Assembly (NCBI GenBank): GCA_951406725.2
Contig: OX597826.1
Coordinates: 54,126,001-54,190,000, forward strand
Direction: 5' to 3'
Origin: Octopus vulgaris
Lineage: Eukaryota
Length of the DNA stretch: 64,000 nucleotides
The position numbers were made by a program, and so were the translations under genes. Numbering within the stretch: the first letter of the stretch is position 1; every line of letters starts with the position of its first letter. Positions 1-12,605 of this stretch are shown in pieces. Under the pieces are notes generated by a model. It did no database searches and was not told where the DNA came from. It saw nothing but the letters and a program-made list of their open reading frames with translations.

Positions 1-19
1 GAAGTCCATCGTATGTTGT

Positions 20-291
20 TGTTTGTTCCTTCTCGAGCCATCCCTGGCTCATAAGAGCCGGTCTCCCGGTTTCCTTGGTGTATAGGTTCCCCACCTGGAC
101 GGGGCGCCGGTCTGTCGCAAGTGAACTGCAAGATGCAGGAGGAAAGAGTGAGAGAAAGTTGTGGCGAAGGAGTCTGCAGAAGTTCGACATTACGTTCTGC
201 AGGATCCGCGTGAAGCTTAGGTCTGAGATTCGAACCTGCGATCCCTCGGCCGCGAGTCCACTGCTCTAACCACTGGGCCATGCGCCTCCAC
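20..291 (-). mobile_element. tRNA-derived SINE family A (GTGGAGGCGCATGGCCCAGTGG head)
   Basis: A/B-box tRNA-like head; related copies at 22711, 27345, 30630 and 60780. Confidence 0.85.
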
Positions 292-297
292 AAGTCC

Positions 298-538
298 GGC
301 GGCGAGCTGGCAGAAACGTTAGCACGCCGGACGAAATGCGTGGCCGTATTTCGTCTGCCGTTACGTTCTGTGTTCAAATTCCGCCGAGGTTGACTTTGCC
401 TTTCATCCTTTCGGGGTCGATAAATTACCAGTTACGCACCAGTACGCACTGGGGTCGATATATAATCGACTTAATCCCTTTGTCTGTCCTTGTTTGTCCT
501 CTCTGTGTTTAGCCCCTTGTGGGTAGTAAAGAAATAGG
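298..538 (+). mobile_element. tRNA-derived SINE family B (GGCGGCGAGCTGGCAGAA head; core gcctttcatcctttcggggtcgataaa)
   Basis: Many near-identical copies in the window (e.g. 2393, 16388, 17753, 21280, 24475, 36771, 38850, 44413, 49870, 50580). Confidence 0.9.
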
Positions 539-1079
539 TATATATGTTTGTGTGTATGTGCATGCGCGTCTATGTGTGTATGTCATTATTTCTATGTTTG
601 TCACCAACCCACACCGCATAGACAAAACTGATTTTGGTTTGTTTACGTTTCAGTAATCTTCTCAGTTCTGAAAAAGAGACCAATAGAACAAGTACTCGTC
701 TTTCCTTAAAAAAAAAAAACGGAAAAAAAACCCCAACAAAAGACAAAAAATAAATCATAAGTAGTAAATACGGTTTCTTCGACTAAAACCTTTCAAGGTG
801 ATGCTCCGGCATGGCCGCAACTCAACAGCCTGAAAGAAGTCAAAGATAAAGTGCAGATATACACCCACATACACTCACACCCACACACAACTTGTCGAGG
901 ATAAAACGATATGGACAAGAAGATGTCTAGAACACAGATATTCTTGTTTTCAGTTCTCTGCTATAGAGACAAGTTGAAGCATGATTAAATGGCAATAAAA
1001 TTGATTGGAAGCTAATTACAAACAGCTAATAATTAATTTTTTTTTTAATCTATGGGAGGCTGGATGTGGTGGTACACGC

Positions 1080-1530
1080 GTGTGTATATGTAAATACGCA
1101 CATGCATGTATGTATGTATGTATGCATGCATGTATGTATGTATGTATGTATGTATGTATGCATGTATGTATGTATGTATGTATGTATGCATGCATGTATG
1201 TATGTATGTATGTATGCATGCATGTATGTATGTATGCATGCATGTATGTATGTATGCATGCATGTATGTATGTTTGTATGCTTGTGTGTATGTATGTATG
1301 TATGTATGTATGTATGTATGTATGTATGTATGCATGCATATATATGTGTGTGTGTGTATGTATGCATACACATATATGTGTGTGTGTGTATATATATATA
1401 TGTATGTATATGTACACATATGTATGCATTTATGTATATATATATATGTATATTTGTGTGTATATATGTGTATGTGTGTGCGCACGCATGTATGTGTGTG
1501 TGTTTGTGTGTATGCGTGTGTACGCATGAA
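1080..1530. repeat. (TATG)n/(TG)n/(TA)n compound microsatellite
   Basis: Direct inspection. Confidence 0.95.
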
Positions 1531-2231
1531 TGCCGGCATATATGTCTGTATGCGTGGGGGTCTTATATATTATATTTGTATAGGTGTCTGGTCTGGTGTG
1601 GTTTGGTTCTTCTATAATGTAAAAGCACATCCAAAACAATGTACGTGATTCTTCAATTAATTAAAATTAATTTTCGGCTTACCGTGTCGTTTACGGCAGC
1701 CTGCACTTATCTATGAATTCTTCATTCAAAAGTCACGTCACCGTTATTTAATTTTCCAGTCTCATTATTCTAATTTGTCTAATGAGTGAATATGCCATTG
1801 CAAAGAACAAACAAACCAACGAATCCTCTGAATTATTCTGAGATCTTGATTAACATTAAGTGAGTAAATTCTTCACGGAGGAGACCCAATAAAACTGAAA
1901 CATGTGGCGTAGCTATACTGTGCGTTACTCGGAACACCCTGTTTGCCACCCACGGGAAACCAATGTTATATAGCAGACCCACAAATACTGCCGCCAATAT
2001 GAAAGCGTCACCCAAGGCAGTTATCTCCTCCTCCCAATTAATCCCTTTATATTAGCATTATGATTTTGTTTCAGATTGAAATTTCAATAATTATCTCCCT
2101 TGCTCTTTCTAACAGTAAACTTTCATAACGATGCTGATTTTTTATTCTCAGTTGGGTTGCAGTATCGTAGTATCAATTTATTAAAAATGAATTATTTTCG
2201 ACTCTCTTCTTCAAGCGGAGAAGTCGCCACT

Positions 2232-2305
<74 letters not shown>

Positions 2306-2324
2306 GCCTCTCTCTCTCTCTCCC

Positions 2325-2367
<43 letters not shown>

Positions 2368-2392
2368 TACGTTAAGTAAGAAACTAAAATAA

Positions 2393-2800
2393 GGCGGCGA
2401 GCTGGCAGAAACATTAGCACGCCGGGCGAAATACTTAGCGGTATTTCGTCTGCCGTTACGTTCTGAGTTCAAATTCCGCCGAGGTCGACTTTGCCTTTCA
2501 TCCTTTCGGAGTCGATTAAATAAGTACCAGTTACGCACTGGGGTCGATGTAATCGACTTAATCCGTTTGTCTGTCCTTGTTTGTTCCCTCTGTGTTTAGC
2601 CCCTTGTGGGTAGTAAAGAAATAGGTATTTCGTCTGCCGTTACGTTCTGAGTTCAAATTCCACCGAAGTCGACTTTGCCTTTCATCCTTTCGGGGTCGAT
2701 AAATTAAGTACCAGTTACGCACTGGGGTCGATGTAATCGACTTAATCCCTTTGTCTGTCCCCTCTATGTTTAGCCCCTTGTGGGCAATAAAGAAATAAGA
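2393..2800 (+). mobile_element. SINE family B dimer
   Basis: Second unit joined at aagaaataggtatttcg; flanking direct repeat aagaaactaa. Confidence 0.9.
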
Positions 2801-3439
2801 AACTAAGAGAGAGTGATCAATACTATATTAGTGAGTGACTAATTCCTTTCAGTAATAGAGTATTATTAATACGATACCAACTGTTTCATGCGAATACATT
2901 TGTAATAAACTATTAGTATCATTTTAACAGAATTCCGCTGTTAAAAGAATATATAGATAGCACGCATAAAAACATATGTACATATGTGTATGTGTGTTCG
3001 TTGAAAATGTTAATATCTTATGGGACATAATAGAAAGAATGGCAAGCCTATTCATCTGCAGTTGAGAAGTTGCTTTAATCTTCTAGAGTTTTTTTTTCTT
3101 TTAATTGAATTGATTTTAGGAGAAGTTCAAAAGAGTGGATTGGTTGCATAGTGAGCATTACCACTAGAGACAATATCAGTGTCTATTGACTTTCGTTTAG
3201 GTTTAGTCAATATAATCCGGTTTTGGCTTGATAATAGCATTTCGTCTTTTGAAAGTTGATCCAAAATTAAGTCTGTCACATTTTTGCACACACTTGTTGA
3301 AAGAATTGCTTTTTCCTTAGACTCAGTACTAATACAATGAGCTGTTTCTATTTGCTTTCAATCTGCTAGTTTTTGAGTAAAGTCACATAAGTGGTCAAAA
3401 TATTTGGTCTTATAAATGAATGCTACATAATAATTTCTG

Positions 3440-3800
3440 TAAAAAGAGTAGAAATCATCAGCTCACTATATTCTTTTTGTATCAACGGGACGAAATATTC
3501 TTCCAAAGTATTTTTTTTTTTTTTTTACATTAGTGAGATACAATTCCATGACAGAATCATACTTTGCCAGTAATTTTAGTGACTACTTCCAGCACAATGT
3601 TTTGAAATAGCTTTCCTCTTACTATTTATAGGAGGTCATATTACCACACAATCAAAGGTTTCGTGTTGCTTATCTTTTACGTAACAAGAATTCTGTGAAA
3701 GAAAAAATCTCGGTAGTTTGTCTCTCTAGTGTAATTTAGAGTTTGAAACTCCGCATGTGAATCCTTTATTTTCTAAAAGATTTCTATGGTCTCTTATTTT
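3440..3800 (-). mobile_element. Degenerate hAT (DUF4371-type) transposase fragment
   Basis: Peptides KLLAKYDSVMELYL...YFVPLIQKEYSELM resemble LLAKYDxxxxxHL...YLSPxIQNExIEL. Confidence 0.4.
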
Positions 3801-4739
3801 TACGAAAATACTTCTAACATCATTTTAACGTTTCTGTCTGAAGGGCGCTTGAAAAAAAATTACATTTTTAAAAAAATGCTTTATCAAACTTCAAGGAAAC
3901 GCAATAATGTTGTCTGTGCTATGTTGTGCTGTTTTCGTCTTTTCGAATACTCCAATTTTTTTTTTGGGGTGGGGGGGGTTGCCACTTTGGAAGCCATTGC
4001 TAGTTCTTGAAGGATGCTTAATTCTCCATCTGATTGATACACTAGTGGGTTGGTCGACATACATTTTGTTGTAATTAATGCTGATGGGTGAAGGTGGCCA
4101 AGTCCATAGAGTGTTCGGTTCACGATCATAATGTCATGGGTTCAACTCCTGTAATGGACAGTGTATTATATTCTTGAGCAAGACCATAAGTGTTTATTGA
4201 AATCTATAGTATTATTTCCTGTGATGTCTATCTATTAAGGGGTTTCTTTTAACAGAATGTATTATACGCAATTATTTATAACTGAATCCACTTCGACTCT
4301 CACCTTTAAAATGATTTATTTTGCATCTTCTCAAACCCTCTACTTTCTTGCTTGTAGGAATGCATTCAAATTCTGACACAAATCCAGCAACTGGAACTTT
4401 ACCTTTTGACTGGCAGATTTAGAAAATAATTTTTTGTAATTAAACACTTTCAAACTTCGTATACTGGTAGAATGTATCATATAAAACATCTTTTACTCTT
4501 AGCGTTTTTGAGAAAAGTTTATATTTATGAAGTTATTTCGTATTAAAATTGTCGTATTTCGGTAATTTCAGCCAATCAATGACGTAACTCTAATCCCAAC
4601 CCCTACCCTAAAACCCCAACCCTAATCCTAAAACCTAACCGTTTTGCTTGATATTGACTTTAAAAATTTTGAACTCTACAGGAGGAGGTGAGAGGACTGT
4701 TTATGTATATATGTGAGGTTTGCATTAAATTTATTATTA

Positions 4740-4780
<41 letters not shown>

Positions 4781-4789
4781 GTTGTTGTT

Positions 4790-4866
4790 GTTCAGATTAC
4801 TGCCTGGAATCGAACTCGGAATATTGGGGTTAGTAGCCCGCGCTTTTAATCACTACGTCATATGCC
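4790..4866 (-). mobile_element. tRNA-like SINE head remnant
   Basis: Reverse complement gcatatgacgtagtgattaaaagcgcgggctactaacc...gagttcgattccaggcag has degenerate A/B boxes; not a clean cloverleaf. Confidence 0.5.
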
Positions 4867-4989
4867 GTGTATGCCCAACGTTGTGTTAACAACAAACAAG
4901 ATGAGGACAAATATTCGTCAAATGTAAATAATGGAAAGTATTATCACTCGCAGGTTGCACTACGTGTCCACTCCAAGTTGTAACTGTTG

Positions 4990-5400
4990 AAACACAAAAA
5001 CTTGCCCATCCAACCAGATATGCATGATTAGTTCAGTGGTTTATGAAGCTGAAGTCACCGCAGTGCTCCAAGACAAGTACATTGGTATAAGTGAAAATGA
5101 TTTCTAAAAAAGATACGCTAACCACTAGTCTTCTTTCTGCAACCTGAATAAGAAGGAAGCCACGAAGTCTGCTAGACATATCTGGGAGCTGAAGGCTAAC
5201 AATAAATCACACCTGATCAAGTGGAGCATTGTTGAATGATCCCCACCATTCGTTAATAGATCAAAGAAATGCAGGCTTTGTTTAGCCCATAGATCTCATA
5301 TACATTTTTAATCTAAGAATTCTACTGACCTACGAAATTAAAGATCTGAAATTTTTATTATTGAACAAATTTCTTTTATTGAGCTGGAAAACACCTCTCC
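4990..5400 (+). mobile_element. Penelope-like element GIY-YIG endonuclease remnant
   Basis: Degenerate translation VVYEAEV...KYIGISENDF*KRYANH*SSF...HIWELK...IKWSIV...KKCRLCL, typical of the PLE endonuclease. Confidence 0.75.
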
Positions 5401-5724
5401 GGATTAAACATGTAATCTCACAAACTTTTATATTCTATCCGTTGAATTAATTTCAGCAACCATATTAATTTTGATTAAAAGGGATGCAACTCCCAATTAA
5501 AATTATTTTTCTCATTTCACTTTTTTTTTATCCTGCCTTCATTTTTTCTCGTATATTTCGAATTTGATGCTGATGAGAAGATTACTACTTCGCAATGCTT
5601 ATCCATGACAAACTGCAGTGAAGAGCCTTCTTACATGTTCAAATTATCTCACACAAATATTTGAACTGGTAACAAATTTATATTTATCTCAATCACTGCT
5701 TAGCGCATCTAGTTTATCTATCTA

Positions 5725-5803
<79 letters not shown>

Positions 5804-7520
5804 GTCTGTCTGTCTGTGTATGTGCTTGTGTGTGTGTGTGTATGTGTCTTTTTATTTATGTTTGTATCACCACAGCTTGACAGTCGGTGCTGGTTTGTTT
5901 ATGTCACCATAACTTAGCAGATCGGCAAAAGAGAAAGATAAAATAAATATCAGGCTTTAAAACGAAAAGACATAAAGTTCATGTGGTCGATGTGTTCAAC
6001 TAAACTTTTCAAGGCGATGTCCCAGCATGGCCGCAATCGAATGCCTGAAACAAGTAAAAGATAAAAAATAAAACGCAATGAGGGAATCTATTCGTGGTTG
6101 CTAGACATGCTAAAAATAGCAACTGAATCTTGTTTGAGTCACACGCTTAAGTTACGGGCCTTTGGAGGAAAATTTTGCAAGGCGGAACACGACTGCTTTT
6201 TTCTCTGTTTCTGCTGTGGGTGAGCGTCTCTCAAAATTGAGGATTTAATGTTTAAACGGATTAAGTTTTATCAATAAAGAAGATTGGATAACATAAAATT
6301 TTGAAATACTAATCTAACCTTCTTTTGTAAGAATACATGAATATGATAAATAAAAAACTACGAACAGCATAGAGAACTGTTTGCGAATGATTATGAAAGC
6401 ATAATTGAATATGATGGCTAACGTTAGCTTGTTTGAATGTAACCACTGCTAGAACTTTTGTAAATGCTTTATTCCCTCCCTGTGCATCAGACTGATAAAA
6501 TAACAATATATATTTTATGCACAAAGGGACGTTAAGCCTAATCAGCTAATGAAACGAGTTCTTCTGGCTCTTTCGGTCTACTAAAATCAATTTCTCTGGC
6601 AATTGATTTTCATAGGTATTGATTCAGTATTATTCAGTCTTGCAACATCAACAAGTTATGTTTGCGACATGGTGGACTCTAAAAAGTTTTTAATACGAAG
6701 TAAATCGTTTTTAATGGTGGGTGTATCTGGAAGTAGATAACGCTATAAATAATAGCGTGTAGGATTTGGGGTTAAAAACCCCCTTCTTGGATGTAAAAAC
6801 ACTCGTAGGTTTCCCGTGGTAACGTTCTGCCATTATATCAGAGCAACCTTTCCTACTTTCTCCATCCATTTTAGAAGCATTGTTCTTCTCAGCGAGTGTT
6901 GTACGTTGTTTACCTTATAAGAAAAAAAAAAAATTCGAGAGATATGAAATAAATCATTTTTAACGGTGGAACTTGAAGAAGCTTAAGCTATGTAGAATAA
7001 TGGGTTTAAAATCCATTTGGACAGAAAAAAAAGTCAAAAGTTGTTCGTGGGATCCGAACCCACATTCACAGATATGACATACGTTCTACATTTAACCCAA
7101 TATTCTACATTCTATTATTAATAGCTTTAGTGGCAAGCTGAGTGAATCGTTAGCATACCGGGCAAAATCCTCAGCGACATTTGTTTCGGTAATCATATAT
7201 TCTGTGGTCAAAAGCCACAGAGGTCAACTTTGCCTTTCATACCTTCCAGGGTCATGTGGAAATATATATCGTATGAGTGGGTAATTCGATTACATCGATC
7301 GCAGTGCTCAGCTGGTACTTATTTTATCGAACCTGAAAAGATGAAAGACAAAGGTCGATCGAGGTGATGGAATTTCGACTCAAATCGGGCGAAATATCGA
7401 GTTATTGAGTGACACTGGGGTAAAATTTACGAAACCCTGTATACCCATCATGACTACCCGTCTGATAAGGGTACACCAGTTACATACATCGCAACCATTA
7501 TTATTATTATTGTTATTATG

Positions 7521-8005
7521 ATTTTTCCTTCTTTCTTCAAATTTTCTTCCGTTTCTCGCCGAGTGTTTTCCATACACCTAGGGCAGAGAAGCTCATTGTA
7601 TGCATTCCCAGATTACACACGCAAATTCACAGATAAAATATGTATTTAAAAATTAATAAATAAATAAATTCTTGGATGGATGTTGTTTTCACAGCGATAA
7701 TGCTCTTCTCAGTACATGAGCCGTTCCAGTTAATACGATTTTTTGCACTTCCTGTAGGGATTGTAAACCTGGAATCATTTTCAAATAGGTTTCAGTACCT
7801 TTTTTTTTTATCATTCCTAGAGATCCTACAATCACTGGTACTGTAGTCGCCTTGAGATGCCACATTTTTTCAATTTCTATTAGCCGGTCTTTATATTTAC
7901 TAATCTTGTCAAATTTTTTCGCCGCTATATTGTGATCGCAAGGGATACCCATGTCAATTAATAAACACATCTTTTTTGTCTGATCTTTTGTAATAATATC
8001 CGGTT
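7521..8005 (-). mobile_element. 5'-truncated RLE-type non-LTR retrotransposon (R4/Dong-like): restriction-like endonuclease C-terminus plus 3' UTR
   Basis: Translates as ...PDII.KDQTKKMCLLIDMGIP...KISKYKD...VPVIVGSLG...QKIVLTGTAHVLRRAL*, a PD-(D/E)xK RLE signature; flanked on both sides by (TAA)n. Confidence 0.8.
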
Positions 8006-8120
8006 ATTATTATTATTTATTATTATTATTATTATTAATTATTATTATTATTAATTATTATTATTATTAATTATTATTATTATTAATTATCATTATTATT
8101 AATTATCATTATTATTATTA

Positions 8121-8190
<70 letters not shown>

Positions 8191-8239
8191 TATCATTATT
8201 ATTAATTATTATTATTATTATTATTATTATATTATTATT

Positions 8240-8310
<71 letters not shown>

Positions 8311-8322
8311 TATTATTATTTA

Positions 8323-8366
<44 letters not shown>
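8003..8366. repeat. (ATT)n microsatellite
   Basis: Direct inspection. Confidence 0.97.
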
Positions 8367-8367
<1 letters not shown>

Positions 8368-8419
8368 CCATCATTTAGAACTAGAACCAAAACAAACCAT
8401 AAATAATTTGAACTGCCTC

Positions 8420-8800
8420 ACTATGCACTCAGCTGTATCGTTTCCGCACAAATTAGTTGCATGCCAGCCATCTACTGCTCTAGTACTTTGTCGTGGGTGT
8501 CATTGTATTTTCTCGCCATGTTGGTATCGCTATCATATGCTTCCTCTCTGCTGCAGTGTTTCTGAACAATGGCGTACTAACTTTCTGTAAGATAGTCCTG
8601 ATTAACCGAACAATCTTTTAGCCACGTAATCGTAATCGGTGAACTTAGGAAATCTCTTTTATACCTATTTTATCTTACCATCCTTTGAATCAACATACCT
8701 CAATAAAAATGGCGTCCGCTAAACGTGAGGGGTGTCGCATCTCCAGTTTCCTCTGCAATAACTACGAAATATTTTTTGAAGACCTCATTTCCGAATGATG
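8420..8800 (-). mobile_element. Degenerate hAT (Tip100/ZMYM-like, DUF4371) transposase fragment
   Basis: Frameshifted peptides KYFVVIAEETGD...LRYVDSKDGK...AYDSDTNMARKYN resemble kyfsiiaDETtD...LRYV...QxYDgAsNMsGkxN. Confidence 0.55.
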
Positions 8801-9020
8801 ACATTGATGATGATGATGACGATGACGACGATGATGATGATGATGACGATGACGACGACGGTGATGATGACGACGACGATGATGATGATGATGACGATGA
8901 TGATGATGACGATGATGATGACGACGATGATGATGACGATGATGATGATAATGACGACGATGATGATGGTGACGATGACGATGATGATGATGACGACGAT
9001 GATGACGATGATGACGATGA
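8796..9020. repeat. (GAT/GAC)n microsatellite
   Basis: Direct inspection. Confidence 0.97.
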
Positions 9021-9171
9021 TGGATGTGGTTCATCATCAGTAACTTGATTACCTTCTTTATTGTTGTCGCCATCCACCACTGGCCGTCCCAGCCGACGTC
9101 GCCAGCAACAGCAGCAGCACCACCACCAATACCAACACTACCAATAAATTTTTCCTTTTTCTTCTGTGCTG

Positions 9172-9225
9172 TTACTACTACTACTATTACTACTACTACT
9201 ACTGTTGCTGCTACTGCTGCTGCTA

Positions 9226-9274
<49 letters not shown>

Positions 9275-9302
9275 GTTGCTACTACTACTACTACTACTGT
9301 TG

Positions 9303-9343
<41 letters not shown>

Positions 9344-9344
9344 G

Positions 9345-9379
<35 letters not shown>

Positions 9380-9400
9380 GTTGCTGCTACTACTACTACT
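9172..9400. repeat. (CTA)n microsatellite with CTG/GTT interruptions
   Basis: Direct inspection. Confidence 0.97.
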
Positions 9401-9780
9401 TCACCGAAGTTAATTTGTCCTTCACCACTTTCAGGGTTGATAAAATAAATACCAGTTGAACACTGTGGTCGATGTAATCGACTCATCCCCACCCCAAAAT
9501 TATTATTATTATTATTATTTCAATGGCATTGCTCCAGCATGGCCACAGTCATTGGACTGAAGCATAAAAGAAAAGAGAATTATTAAGGCAGTGTGCTGGC
9601 AGAATCGTTGGCGCGTCAGACAAAATGCTTAGCAGTATTTCTTCCGGTTTTTTAAGTTAGTTCCGAGTCCAAAATCTGCCGGATGAGGACTTTACCTTTC
9701 ATTCTCTCTCGAGACCGACTGCCACCTACCACCATATCTGCCTATAATTGCTGGGGCTTATACCAAAAATAGGAAAGAAT

Positions 9781-9794
9781 CAACACCACCACCA

Positions 9795-9826
<32 letters not shown>

Positions 9827-9871
9827 ACCGCCACCACCACCACCACCACCACCACCACCACCACCACCACC

Positions 9872-9926
<55 letters not shown>

Positions 9927-10616
9927 CCACCACCACCATCACCACCACCATCATCATCATCATTATCATGATCATCGTCACCACAACCATCACCATCCTT
10001 ATCATCATCATCATCATCATCATCGCCATCGCCATCATTATCATCATCATTCACGCCATCGCCATCACCATCACCATCATCATCATCATCATCATCCACA
10101 CCATCGTCATCATCATCGTCATCATTCACGCCATCGTCGTCATCATCATCATCACCATCGCCATCACCATCACCATCATCATCATCATCCACACCATCGT
10201 CATCATCATCATCATCATTCACGCCATCGCCATCACCAACACCATCATCATCATCATCATCATCCACACCATCGTCATCATCATCGTCATCATTCACGCC
10301 ATCGTCGTCATCATCATCATCACCATCGCCATCACCATCACCATCATCATCATCATCAACACCATCGTCATCATCATCGTCATCATTCACGCCATCGCCA
10401 TCACCATCACCATCATCATCATCATCATCATCCACACCATCGTCATCATCATCATCATCATCCACACCATCGTCATCATCATCGTCATCATTCACGCCAT
10501 CGTCGTCATCATCATCATCACCATCGCCATCACCATCACCATCATCATCATCATCAACACCATCGTCATCATCATCGTCATCATTCACGCCATCGTCGTC
10601 ATCATCATCATCATCA
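9781..10616. repeat. (CAC)/(CGC)/(CAA)/(CAT) compound tract with a higher-order ~120-bp periodicity
   Basis: Recurring blocks cattcacgccatcgccatcacc and catccacaccatcgtc. Confidence 0.95.
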
Positions 10617-10685
10617 ATAATTATTGCTGTTGCTACAACTAAATGGATACAAAAATTAAAAAACAAAATATTCACCTTCCCCTCT

Positions 10686-10723
<38 letters not shown>

Positions 10724-10939
10724 ATGTCTTTCTCTCTCTCTCCCTCCTTCCCACCTTTCTTTCTTCCCTTCCAAATGCACTCAAAAATTCTTAAAATAAA
10801 CAGAGAAATAAAGAAATCCAACATAATCGATCGTTCGGACTTCATTTTTCAGTGAACGCTGACGTCTTCATTGCTACGGAAACAGGCGTGTTCCCGATTA
10901 GCATTATTCTATTCAGGTACAGCAGCCAGCTCACAAGTC

Positions 10940-10949
10940 TGTGTGTGTA

Positions 10950-11021
<72 letters not shown>

Positions 11022-11950
11022 TTTGAGTGTGTGTGCGTGTGCGTGCGAGTGTGTCTGTGTAAGCACGTATATATGTAGTCATGTATGCGCGTATGTGTCT
11101 GCACGTTGGTATGTATGTATGTATGTATGTATGTATGTATGTATGTATGTCTATGTTTGTATGAATGTATGTATGTGTATGCATTTGTGTATATGTGAAT
11201 GTGTGTGTATTTATGTATGCCTTTATACGTGCGTGTAGTTATGTATGCATGTATGTGCATGTATGTAGATATGTATGTGTATGCTTGTATATATGTATGT
11301 GAGTATGTGGGTGTATTTCTGCATGCATTTATATGTGTGTGTAGTTATGTATGCATGTATGTTCATGTATGTATATATGTAGATATGTATGTGTATGCAT
11401 GCTTGTATGTATGTATGTATGTATGTATGTATGTATGTATGTATGTATGTATGTATGTATGTGAGTATGTGGGTGTATGTATGCATGCATTTATACGCGT
11501 GTGTAGTTATGTGTGCATGTAAATGTGAATGTATGTGTATATGTATACGTGTAATCATGTATGTATAGATGTATGTGTAAGTGTATGTATATATGTATAC
11601 GTGTAATCATGTATGTATAGATGTGTGTGTGCATATTTATGCATGCATAAATATGTGTATGTATGTTTGTATGTATGTATGTACGTACGTATGTCTGTCT
11701 GTCTATGTATGTATGTATGTTTGTGTATGTATATGTGTATGTATTTATATATGTAGCCATATATGTCTGTACACACGCACATATGCATGCATGTATGTGT
11801 ATTTGTGTGTGTGAGTGTCTGTCTGTCTGTCTGTATGTATGTATGTATTTGTGGGTCTGTGTGTCTGTGTAGGCATGTTCATATAAGTGTGTGTATGGGC
11901 TCTCTTCCTATCTGTGTATGCAATATGTATGTGTATGTATGTGTGTATGT
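10940..11950. repeat. (TG)n/(TATG)n degenerate microsatellite field
   Basis: Direct inspection. Confidence 0.95.
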
Positions 11951-12345
11951 GTATCCACTCACACAAAAACAAACATAACACACCCACGTCATTCAGATTT
12001 GGTTCAATGCTATCTTCATGTTATCGATACGCGAAACCCTTCCATACCTCTCCCAACCGCCATCCCATCGCTACACTGGGCAAAGCTACTACGCAGTCAC
12101 TCGACCTGCTAGAAATGGCAGCCAAATCTACCTCAAAGTACAACGTATCTTCTTAAATAACAAGGAATACATTCCATAAAGGATTTGTAGGCGGATGTGT
12201 GATAGGAAACTCGGTTCCCAACTCGGGTTCAGTCCCACTGCGTGGCACCTTGAGCAAATGTCTTCTACTGTAGCCTCGGGCCGACCAAAGCCTTGTGAGT
12301 GGATGTAGTAGACGGAAACTGAAAGAAGCTCATCGTATATATATA
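11941..12345 (+). repeat. Left arm of a ~400-bp inverted duplication (partner 14195-14600)
   Basis: Sequence ccactcacacaaaaacaaacataacac...gaaagaagctcatcgtata is the reverse complement of 14195-14600, with roughly ten substitutions by eye; it contains non-SINE sequence plus a SINE segment. Confidence 0.95.
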
Positions 12346-12378
12346 TATATACACACACATACACATACATATATACAC

Positions 12379-12421
<43 letters not shown>

Positions 12422-12605
12422 TATATACACGTGTGTGTATATATATATATACATACACACATACATATTTATATGTATATATATACATATATGTACATAT
12501 ATATATCCATACATGTACATATATATACACACATATATATACATACACAAATATATACATGCATACATATATTTACATATACATATAAATACATATATAT
12601 ACGCA

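Noticed and set aside
1005-1648. Long MYVC/HTYI-type ORFs here and at 10.9-12.6, 14.0-14.8, 15.5-15.9, 28.1-28.7, 35.1-35.7 and 62-64 kb
   Set aside because: Translations of (TATG)n/(CA)n/(TA)n microsatellites, open in several frames and on both strands, with no coding signal.
2296-2538. Recurrent MRNWYLFNR...RRNLNSERNGRRN ORFs
   Set aside because: Antisense translation of SINE family B, not a gene family.
6300-6790. Possible N-terminal (TTF zinc-finger) part of the old hAT
   Set aside because: Similarity too degenerate to call by eye.
8700-10780. Poly-Asp/His/Ser/Leu ORFs up to 340 aa
   Set aside because: Triplet microsatellites are stop-free in most frames; no signal peptide, splice context or non-repetitive domain.
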